IMG/VR virus record: IMGVR_UViG_3300009095_000016
Coordinates: 2,271-66,270 of that record
Direction: 5' to 3' (one strand)
Source of the DNA: a virus
DNA length: 64,000 bases
Shown: piece by piece, positions 1 to 7,937 of the stretch
Layout: every line of letters starts with the position of its first letter
Position numbering within the stretch: position 1 is the first letter of the stretch
Notes under the pieces: generated by a model
What the model was told of the DNA's origin: nothing
Database searches by the model: none
What the model saw: only the letters and a program-made list of their open reading frames with translations
Translations under genes and position numbers: made by a program

Positions 1-1
1 C

Positions 2-394
2 GCGGCCTTCATTCTGGAGCAGGAGCGCATCAAGAAGGACGCGGCCGACCTCGTCGACCGGGCCAAGGCGGTCGCCAAGCACCGCCGTGGCGGCAACCTC
101 GGCATCGACATCCAGGGCGACGTGGCCCTGGTGTACACCTCCGGCTCGAAGTTCGACGCGCCGACCGCCAAGCGGAACCTGTCGGCCGAGGACTACAAGC
201 GGATCCTCCTGCCGAAGCCCGACGCCACGATGGCGCGCAAGCTCTTCGAGCACGAGCCCGAGAAGCTGGCGGCCTGCCTGAAGGACAACGGCCCGACCCT
301 CACGGTGCGCAAGGCCACCGACGAGGACCGTGCCAAGTACCTGGCCTCCCGGCCGTCCGGCGACGACGGCGAGGACTTCAGCTTCGACGGCTGA
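2..394 (+). CDS. hypothetical protein, 5'-truncated by the window edge
   Basis: The frame is open from base 2 (AAFILEQERIKK...) into the 122..394 ORF. It has high GC3 codon usage and an acidic C-terminus. Confidence 0.7.
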   Translation, partial: AAFILEQERIKKDAADLVDRAKAVAKHRRGGNLGIDIQGDVALVYTSGSKFDAPTAKRNLSAEDYKRILLPKPDATMARKLFEHEPEKLAACLKDNGPTLTVRKATDEDRAKYLASRPSGDDGEDFSFDG

Positions 395-462
395 GCCGAG
401 CGCGCGAAACGGGCCGCTGCCGTCCCCTGAGCGGCGGCCCGTTTCCGTGTCAGGATACGGCC

Positions 463-1170
463 ATGAACGACATCGCCGTCCTGATCCCCTACGGGAACGA
501 AACCGTCTGGCGCAAGAAGGCCCTGGACCACGTGAAGAAGTGGTACGAGCAGGAGCTGGAAAGCGTCAGGGTGGAGATCGGAGAATATTCCGATCCGTGG
601 TGCAAGGCGAAGGCCGTGGCCGCCGCGCTGGCTTCCTGCGAGGAGCCGATCGTGATCATTGCGGATGCCGACTGCGTGACGCCCGGCATCAAGGGCGCGG
701 TGCGCGCCGTGCAGCAGGGGGCACCCTGGGCCATGCCCCACCTGAAGGTCTACCGGATGGGGCAGGCGGCCTCCCAGAAGATCTTCGAGGGGATCAACCC
801 GGGTGCACTCACCGGCCAGATGCGGTGGCTCGACCAGAGCCCCTACAAGGGCTACGAGGGCGGCGGCATCACGGTGCTGCGGCGCGAGGTCTATCTGAAC
901 TGCCCGCTCGACCCCGGCTTCGTCGGGTGGGGGCAGGAGGACGAGGCGTGGGCCATGGCGCTGAACGGCCTCTACGGCGCCCCCTGGCGGGGCGTCGCAC
1001 CCCTCTATCACCTGTGGCACGAGAAGCCGGTCAGGCTCAGCAGGTACGCGGGGTCGCCGCAGTCCCTGGCCAGGCTGAAGCTCTACAAGGAGGCGCGGAT
1101 ACACGGCGAGTGGGGCGACCTGCTGAAGGGCGCCCGCGACCTCGCCGCCAGTGTCAGTGCCCCGGTGTAG
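463..1170 (+). CDS. GT-A fold glycosyltransferase (GT2/GT7-C-like)
   Basis: N-terminal IAVLIPY strand, DxD motif IIADADC, and GGGITV...GFVGWGQED, which is typical of galactosyltransferase C-terminal domains. Confidence 0.8.
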   Translation: MNDIAVLIPYGNETVWRKKALDHVKKWYEQELESVRVEIGEYSDPWCKAKAVAAALASCEEPIVIIADADCVTPGIKGAVRAVQQGAPWAMPHLKVYRMGQAASQKIFEGINPGALTGQMRWLDQSPYKGYEGGGITVLRREVYLNCPLDPGFVGWGQEDEAWAMALNGLYGAPWRGVAPLYHLWHEKPVRLSRYAGSPQSLARLKLYKEARIHGEWGDLLKGARDLAASVSAPV

Positions 1171-1179
1171 GGTTGCGAC

Positions 1180-2022
1180 ATGACAGCAGAAGACCAGGAA
1201 AATATTCGCGCTTTTGTCGAAGGAATCGTGGTGGCCACCATCACGAGGCCGTCGGCGCGCGACAAGCAGCGAACACCCGGGCCGAGTGACCTGGCCGACA
1301 AGTGTGACCTCTGTGTCGCAAGGAAGATCGCCTCCTCGCTGGGCATGGGGACCCACACCGATCGGGGGTTCAGCCTCAAGGCGTGGCTGGGAACAGCCGT
1401 GCACGAGAAGCTGGAGAAGGATCTGCCGGGCGTCTACGCTCACGCCGAGCGAGAGATCACGGTCGACATCGCCCACATTCCCGGTATCGGGCTGGTGCAG
1501 GGTCACGTCGACCTGTTCCTCTCGCGCAAGAAGACCCTGGTCGACTACAAGACGACCGACATGAAGAAGCTCAAGGGCTACCAGTCGCAGGCAGGACTGA
1601 GCGCCTACATCCAGGGCCTCACCGCCCAGGAGCGCGAGGAGCTGACCAAGCTGAAGGCCATGGACCGCGCTGGCATGCTGGCCGAGGCCGACCTGGGCCG
1701 TATGGTCATGCTGATGTCGCGCTCCGAGGAGCACTCGGGCGGCGTGCCGTCGGAGTACATGGGCCAGACGATGCTGTACCTGTACGGACTGCGGGCGATG
1801 GGGCGGGAGGCTGACTACGCTGTCCTCGCGTTCATCCCCCGGGACTCGAACAACGTGAGTGACATCTGGGTTGCCTCCTGCGCCTACCGGCAGGATGTGG
1901 CCCAGGGAGTGATCAACAGGGCGGCCCACCTGGCATCCCTGGTGAAGGCCGGACGTATCAACGAGCTGGCGGCGCACCCCGAGTGCTTCCCGTGCTCGAT
2001 TCGGCCTAGGCTGCGCGGCTAA
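1180..2022 (+). CDS. Cas4-like / PD-(D/E)xK exonuclease
   Basis: GPSDL..KC..C, GTAVH, E, GHVDL, VDYKT, QxxLY and a C-terminal CxxC. Confidence 0.8.
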   Translation: MTAEDQENIRAFVEGIVVATITRPSARDKQRTPGPSDLADKCDLCVARKIASSLGMGTHTDRGFSLKAWLGTAVHEKLEKDLPGVYAHAEREITVDIAHIPGIGLVQGHVDLFLSRKKTLVDYKTTDMKKLKGYQSQAGLSAYIQGLTAQEREELTKLKAMDRAGMLAEADLGRMVMLMSRSEEHSGGVPSEYMGQTMLYLYGLRAMGREADYAVLAFIPRDSNNVSDIWVASCAYRQDVAQGVINRAAHLASLVKAGRINELAAHPECFPCSIRPRLRG

Positions 2023-2106
2023 ATAGTGGTAGAGTGGAGACACAAGAACACGACACCACGCGGCACTAAAAACGACACAAGAACAAGCACGGAAACAGAG
2101 GCACGC

Positions 2107-3270
2107 ATGACTGAGCTTGTCCGTCGCACGACCGGCGAGGTGGATCCCGCCGAAGCAGCACGGCTCTCGAAGTCGAAGCTGATGCCGGAGCACATCGCAG
2201 GTGATGCGGCCTCCGTCGAGTACATGATGCGCTTCGGCGCCGCGCTGGGCATCGACCCGATGTCCTCCTTCCAGCACATCTTCGTCTTCAAGGACGGCGA
2301 CGGCCGACTCAAGGCCGGTATGTCCGCCCACCTCATGCAGGCTCTCGCCATCGCGGCCGGTCACACCGTCCACGTCGAGGGCAACGCGATGAAGGCGACC
2401 GCCGTTCTGGTCCGCAAGACGTCGGCCGAACAGCTCCAGCGCTTCGAGATGATGCGTGAGCAGGAACGGCGCCTGAAGGCCGCCCGCCTTGAGGACATGG
2501 ACCGCCTGTACAAGATGCAGCGGGGCCAGCTCCTTGAGCGCATCGAAGACCTCCGCGCCCTCGACGCCTTCGGCGAGGAGCCGTCTGCGGAGGAGGTCGC
2601 CGGACTGCGCAAGCAGCTCGCCGAGCTGCACGGCCAGTACGACTTCGACGAGCTGCGCAAGTCGATCAGCACGACGGACTTCGACCTCAGCAAGCTGGTG
2701 CGGTTCGAGTCCACGTGGACGATGGCCAGGGCGCAGCAGATCGGTCTCGGCAACAAGGGCGTCTGGCAGAAGTTCGGACCCGAGATGCTGAAGAACCGCT
2801 GCAAGTCGGGTGTCGTACGCGACGGTGCGATCGACGTGATCCTCGGCGTGAAGAACATCCTCACCGAGATGGGCCTGACCCTCTCCGAGGATGACAACGA
2901 CCAGCTCGCCATGGCCTCCGCCCTGTACCCGCCCGAGGAGCTGGGCGCCGAGGTGGACGAGAACGAGCGGCCGATCCAGGGTGAGGTCATCGACGTCACC
3001 AAGGGCGGCAGCAAGAAGCAGAAGGCCATGCTGGACGCCGCGCGCAAGGCGGCCGAGCAGGGTTCCCCGCAGCAGCTCGCCGACTGGGCCGCGCGGACCG
3101 CCGGAGACGACAAGCTGTCGCCCGACGACAAGATCTCCCGCATCTACGCCGTGCAGAAGGCGGCGCAGGAGGCGGGTAAGGGGGACGAGGCGGTGGGCCA
3201 GGGCGACGGAGATGCCCAGGTTCCGCTGAGCCTCCACCTGGAATCCATCGTCAACTCCCTCCGCGACTGA
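2107..3270 (+). CDS. RecT-like ssDNA annealing protein with a coiled-coil insertion
   Basis: SKLMP...G.ALGIDPM...SAHLMQAL..AGH and WTMARAQQIGL..K.VWQK..PEML pattern. It lies next to the exonuclease. Start chosen at ATG 2107. Confidence 0.65.
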   Translation: MTELVRRTTGEVDPAEAARLSKSKLMPEHIAGDAASVEYMMRFGAALGIDPMSSFQHIFVFKDGDGRLKAGMSAHLMQALAIAAGHTVHVEGNAMKATAVLVRKTSAEQLQRFEMMREQERRLKAARLEDMDRLYKMQRGQLLERIEDLRALDAFGEEPSAEEVAGLRKQLAELHGQYDFDELRKSISTTDFDLSKLVRFESTWTMARAQQIGLGNKGVWQKFGPEMLKNRCKSGVVRDGAIDVILGVKNILTEMGLTLSEDDNDQLAMASALYPPEELGAEVDENERPIQGEVIDVTKGGSKKQKAMLDAARKAAEQGSPQQLADWAARTAGDDKLSPDDKISRIYAVQKAAQEAGKGDEAVGQGDGDAQVPLSLHLESIVNSLRD

Positions 3271-3304
3271 GACACGCGGACCACAAGGACAAGGACAAGA
3301 ACAC

Positions 3305-4555
3305 ATGAGCGACAACACCGAGTTCGACCCGTTCAACCAGCCCGAGGGCGCGGCCGACGCCACCGACGCGACGCCGTCCGGCGGCGACATCCTGGGCGAC
3401 CTGGACCTCGACGCCGAGCTGGACGACCTCTTCGCCGACGCCGACCTGGAGCTGGAAGAGGACGAGACCGAGGAGGGCGTCCGCGTCTACGAGGCGGGCG
3501 ACACCTACGTCAACCCGCTGGACGTCGGCCTCAAGGACAAGATGTGGGTCCCGATCCGCATCGGCGTCGCCGAGTTCAAGGAGAAGCACACCCCGCGCCT
3601 GTCTTCGAAGGTCTGCGTCGCCGTGAAGGTCGACGAGGCCACCGGCAAGAAGCGGGTCTACGTGCCCTTCGAGCAGGTCGAGGCGCAGATCCAGGCGGGC
3701 GCCACAGAGGTCGTCGGCGAGTACGAGCTGCCGTACTTCATCTGCGAGGCGAACCACGTCGCGCCCGAGTTCGGCCAGCGCCGCTACCCGTACGAGATCG
3801 AGGTCCCGGCCCTCACGATCAAGACGGCCTTCTTCAAGGAGCAGCGCTCCGGCCGGAAGGGCTTCAAGAACGAGGACGGCACCTCGCTCCGCAAGGCCAC
3901 CCAGGCGACCCAGCCGGGCGAGAAGGTCAACCTCAAGACCATGCCGGGCATCGCCAAGCGCATGGAGGACAAGATCGTGATGGCGCAGATCACGCTGTCC
4001 ACCAAGACGAAGACCCGTCCGCGCCTGGACGCCAACAACCAGCCGATCTCGGTCCTGTTCGACCCGGAGACCGGCGCCCCGGTCACCGTCTTCGCCACCG
4101 AGAAGCAGGAGGGCGACGACACCCAGACCTACCTGTACAACGACGGCTCCGGCACCGTCTACGAGGGCAACCCGAAGCTGCTGGTGCACGTCGAGGGCAA
4201 GGTGTACGCCATCGCCGACAAGGGCGAGAACTCCGCGCCCCTGATGGAGGAGTACGCCCAGACCACCGACTACCTGAAGACCAAGTTCATGCCGGTCCCG
4301 GAGCGGCAGGTCGAGGTCGAGCTGCGCGACGGCTCGGTGGTCAAGGGCGAGATCACCTGGGGCACGGTCGGCGCCATCACGCTGAACAAGACGCCGGGCG
4401 TCCCGGTCGACATCCTGCTCGGCGCGGGTGCGGGTGACCGCACCGGCAAGAAGATCACCGCCGTCTGGCTCGGTACCCAGTGGACCGAGGTCCCGGCGGA
4501 GGGCGACGGCGGGGGCAGCGGCCTCGACGAGTTCGCGGGCGCCAAGAACCTCTGA
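3305..4555 (+). CDS. hypothetical protein, possible ssDNA-binding protein (very acidic N-terminus)
   Basis: 416-aa ORF with strong codon bias, between RecT and primase, with a beta-rich core. The function is inferred from position only. Confidence 0.6.
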   Translation: MSDNTEFDPFNQPEGAADATDATPSGGDILGDLDLDAELDDLFADADLELEEDETEEGVRVYEAGDTYVNPLDVGLKDKMWVPIRIGVAEFKEKHTPRLSSKVCVAVKVDEATGKKRVYVPFEQVEAQIQAGATEVVGEYELPYFICEANHVAPEFGQRRYPYEIEVPALTIKTAFFKEQRSGRKGFKNEDGTSLRKATQATQPGEKVNLKTMPGIAKRMEDKIVMAQITLSTKTKTRPRLDANNQPISVLFDPETGAPVTVFATEKQEGDDTQTYLYNDGSGTVYEGNPKLLVHVEGKVYAIADKGENSAPLMEEYAQTTDYLKTKFMPVPERQVEVELRDGSVVKGEITWGTVGAITLNKTPGVPVDILLGAGAGDRTGKKITAVWLGTQWTEVPAEGDGGGSGLDEFAGAKNL

Positions 4556-4606
4556 TCGCGGAGAGGTGAGCTGGACGGATACGATCGACTATCCGCCCGG
4601 TTTCTG

Positions 4607-4636
4607 ACGGGCGGGGCCTTCCGGGGTCCCGCCCGT
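4607..4636 (+). terminator. GC-rich hairpin (terminator or processing stem)
   Basis: ACGGGCGGG...CCCGCCCGT stem in the intergenic space. Confidence 0.45.
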
Positions 4637-4676
4637 TCGCGTTCCGGAAAGTCGCACGAGAAAAGGAGAGACGTAG

Positions 4677-6962
4677 GTGAGCTTCGTCTTCTTCGACACC
4701 CTCTTTCCGAAGGTCAACGACGACGGAAAGGATCTGGGATTCGTCGCGATCTCGCTGTTCCCGGGTGGCATCTACGACCCGGATGACAAGACGGGGCCGA
4801 CCCAGACCCATTTCTTCGCGTGGCCATCGCAGCGTGACGACCTGATCGCCTTCTGTCTTGCCAACAGCGAGAAGGACGTCTACACGGTGCCCGCCCTCTT
4901 CCGTACCCGGGGCAGCCGCAAGGGCAGCAACATCTCGCACCAGTGGGCGGCGTACGCCGACGCGGAGCACCTTCCGCTCGACCGGCTGAAGCTCCAGCCG
5001 ACGATGGTCGTCGAGACCTCGGAGGGCCGGAACCACCTGTACTGGGTCACCGAGACCGACGACCCGGAACAGCTCATCGACATCTCCCGGACCATCGCCG
5101 CCGAGCACGCCCGCGAGGGGTGCGACCCGAGCGGCTGGGACGCAGGCCAGCTCCTGCGAGTGCCGGGCACGGCGAACAACAAGTACGCCCGGCACGGGCG
5201 CCCACGCTGGCGGATCCCTCAGCCGAAGATGGGTGCGACGTACACCCTCAAGTCGCTGATCAGCCAGTATCCGCCGTACAGCACGCAGGACCGGCCGAGC
5301 GTCGCGAGTGACATGCCGCCGAAGAACGAGTGGTACTTCTCGGCGCAGTCCATCCGGGAATCGGCCGAGGTCTTCCGGTCCAGCCCGGAGGTCCACGACC
5401 TCTACGCGGCCGACCTGAAGCCGGACCAGGACCGCTCGAAGACGCTCTGGAAGCTGCTCAGTCTGCTCTCCCGGCTGAACGTCTCGCGGATCACGGCCAT
5501 GCACATCGCCTGGTCGGCGAAGTGCAACAAGTACAAGATCGACGGTCGCCCCGAAGAGGAGCTGTGGCAGCAGCTCTGCAAGGCGTACGACCACCCGGAG
5601 AACCAGCCCAAGAGGAACAGCTTCTCCGACATCGGCTACCGCAAGGAGGCCGACGAGAGCGAAGAGAACCCGGAGAACAAGCTCACCGCGTTCGCCGAAT
5701 CCGTCTCGATCCTGCGTCCCGAAGAGCGCGATCTGGTGCCGCACGACACCTTCATCGACCGCTACCAGGCGTGGGCGGAGACGCGCACCGACGCGCCGTC
5801 GTGCTACCACCGGGCCGGAGCGGCGACCATCCTCTCGACCGTCCTGGGCGAGTTCGGAAAGTGCCCGACGAAGTTCGACACCAACCTCACCCTGTGGTTC
5901 TTCATCCTCGGTCCCACCACTCGGGCCAGGAAGACCACCGCGATGATGATGTGGGTCGACTTCCTCGACGAGCTGTCCAACGACAGCTTCCCCTACCTGC
6001 TCGGATCCGACGTGACCTCGGAGGCCCTGAGCGTCATCCTGCCCGACCGCAACGGGCGCTCGTCCGTCTTCTACCGCGACGAGGCCCACGGCCTGCTGTA
6101 CGAGCAGGCGGCAAAGCGCTACCTGGCAGGCGTGCGCGAGCACATGACCGAGCTGTTCACCGGCCGCGTTCGCATCGCCCTGCGTGTCGGCAACCTCAAG
6201 GAGCACGAGGACCGCGACCTCTCGGTCATCCGCACGAACTTCCTGATGTTCCTGTGCGGCACGCTCCAGCAGGTCACCGAACACCTGACGATCGGCGACT
6301 ATCAGTCCGGCCACCTCGCCCGCTTCCTCATCGCGGAGGCCGATCCGCCCCCGATGACGGAGGAGGCGATGTTCACCGAGCAGTTCGACGGCCAGACCCC
6401 GGCCGACGACGTCCTCCGCCAGGGGCTGCTCAACGACATGTTCGCGGTGCGCGCCTTCTGGATGGAGGAGACCACGCCCGGCGACACGGTGATGATCCCC
6501 TTCGACGACCCGACCTGGCGGCGCCTCCAGAAGGCCAAGTGGGAGCTGTACAACGCGGCCGACAACCACGAACTGTCCGAGGTGCTGCTGCCCACGACAT
6601 CCCGCATGGGCGACTCGATGATGAAGACCGCCGTCCTCATCGCGATGTCCGAGCGGGAGAAGATCGTGCGGATGCCGCACCTTCTCAAGGCGATGGCCCT
6701 GACCGAGGAGTGGTACCGCTCGACGGCGCGCGTGGCGGGCAAGATCCTCCACTCGGAATGGGCGGCCCGGCAGAACGAAATCCTCACCGCGATCCAGGCA
6801 CGCAAGGAGGGCGTCACGGAGCAGGACATCTACTCGCGGTTCCGCTCTAAGATCCAGGAGAGGGACATCGAATCGGACCTGCACGTTCTTGCGAAGGCTG
6901 GCCTGATTCACAAGACGATGGAACGCGGAAGGGTGCGGTACGTACCGATCGCACGGACCTGA
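4677..6962 (+). CDS. DNA primase/helicase (RepB-type primase plus C-terminal P-loop-like helicase, DUF3987-like)
   Basis: AYAD, VVETSEGRNHLYW and LLRVPGT.N primase motifs, then ILGPTTRARKTT and RDEAHGLL. Confidence 0.8.
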   Translation: MSFVFFDTLFPKVNDDGKDLGFVAISLFPGGIYDPDDKTGPTQTHFFAWPSQRDDLIAFCLANSEKDVYTVPALFRTRGSRKGSNISHQWAAYADAEHLPLDRLKLQPTMVVETSEGRNHLYWVTETDDPEQLIDISRTIAAEHAREGCDPSGWDAGQLLRVPGTANNKYARHGRPRWRIPQPKMGATYTLKSLISQYPPYSTQDRPSVASDMPPKNEWYFSAQSIRESAEVFRSSPEVHDLYAADLKPDQDRSKTLWKLLSLLSRLNVSRITAMHIAWSAKCNKYKIDGRPEEELWQQLCKAYDHPENQPKRNSFSDIGYRKEADESEENPENKLTAFAESVSILRPEERDLVPHDTFIDRYQAWAETRTDAPSCYHRAGAATILSTVLGEFGKCPTKFDTNLTLWFFILGPTTRARKTTAMMMWVDFLDELSNDSFPYLLGSDVTSEALSVILPDRNGRSSVFYRDEAHGLLYEQAAKRYLAGVREHMTELFTGRVRIALRVGNLKEHEDRDLSVIRTNFLMFLCGTLQQVTEHLTIGDYQSGHLARFLIAEADPPPMTEEAMFTEQFDGQTPADDVLRQGLLNDMFAVRAFWMEETTPGDTVMIPFDDPTWRRLQKAKWELYNAADNHELSEVLLPTTSRMGDSMMKTAVLIAMSEREKIVRMPHLLKAMALTEEWYRSTARVAGKILHSEWAARQNEILTAIQARKEGVTEQDIYSRFRSKIQERDIESDLHVLAKAGLIHKTMERGRVRYVPIART

Positions 6963-6974
6963 CCCGGAGGAAGC

Positions 6975-7922
6975 GTGGCCCGAAAGCCGACCGGGCGCCC
7001 GCCGGGGAGGCCCCCGGGGGACCGCCATGGAACGCCCCAGGAGCGTGTCTCGCGGGCCAGGACGCTCATTCCCTCCCTGCACCGCTTCCCGCACCTCCTG
7101 CGGGCCGTGGAGCGCGTCATGGAGTCCCCCAACCGGACCGTCTTCCGCAGCCCGTACAACACCAACCCGGCCGACGTCGACCTGCTCCACGTGTACAGCC
7201 CGGCGGAGAGAGGGCAGATCCTCTCCTTCACCTGGTGGGCCTACGTGAACCGGCGCAGGTGGAGCAGGCGTCGTCGGCTGGCCGCCGTCACGCTGCTGTC
7301 ACCGCTCATGCTCTTCAGCTCGTCGTTCTTCGAGGAGATGACCGACCTGTCGGCGATCACCTGCCAGAAGTGGATGACACGGCCGGAGGACATGCTGGCG
7401 ACCCGCGTGACGGGCTCGTGTGACATGCGGGTGATCCACCTGGCACTGGAAGCGGCGACCCGTGGAGACACTGCGTTCCGGACCTTCGCCGCCGACATCG
7501 TCCGCGACAAAGGTGTCCCCGAGGCGATGGCGTCCCGCCTGACCGGAGTGCCCAAGGTGGCCCTCCTGGAGCCGACTCGGGGGGTTCAGTTCACCCCCGT
7601 GGGCCCCGACCTCGACACGCTGTCGGTCCGCTCGCGCGAGGAGGTGATGATGTGGGCTGGCATGGCGAGCGAGAGGACCGTCGACCTTGAGCCGTACGTC
7701 TACGGGCAGGAATGGGTGCGCGATCTGTTCCCGGAAACGCTCTTGAAGGAGTACGTTTTCACCGCCACTCCGGTACCGAGAAACGGCGAAGACTGTTACC
7801 ATTTGTGCATCCCGGAGCTGCCTAGGCCACATCGGGCCCGGCATCTCGGCAGCAGGTACTACAGCCTGCTCTACGCCTGGGAGGACAAGTACCTCCTCCC
7901 GGCAACCACGGGAACAGCCTGA
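6975..7922 (+). CDS. putative tandem helix-turn-helix DNA-binding protein
   Basis: Two HTH-like segments (LFSSSFFEEMTDLSAITCQKW; GVPEAMASRLTGVP) and an N-terminal GRPPGRPP repeat. Confidence 0.5.
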   Translation: MARKPTGRPPGRPPGDRHGTPQERVSRARTLIPSLHRFPHLLRAVERVMESPNRTVFRSPYNTNPADVDLLHVYSPAERGQILSFTWWAYVNRRRWSRRRRLAAVTLLSPLMLFSSSFFEEMTDLSAITCQKWMTRPEDMLATRVTGSCDMRVIHLALEAATRGDTAFRTFAADIVRDKGVPEAMASRLTGVPKVALLEPTRGVQFTPVGPDLDTLSVRSREEVMMWAGMASERTVDLEPYVYGQEWVRDLFPETLLKEYVFTATPVPRNGEDCYHLCIPELPRPHRARHLGSRYYSLLYAWEDKYLLPATTGTA

Positions 7923-7937
7923 CGGAGAGGGGAAGAG

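Noticed and set aside
1180-2022. Cas4-like gene as a sign of a CRISPR system
   Set aside because: There are no cas1/cas2 genes and no repeat-spacer array. Solo Cas4-like nucleases are ordinary phage recombination genes.
193-3390. 1065-aa minus-strand ORF, and similar long antisense ORFs (4455..7190, 12331..15339, 19650..22046, 34850..36640, 53394..55442)
   Set aside because: These are shadow frames of high-GC3 genes on the opposite strand, with V/L/R/G/H-rich composition and no motifs.
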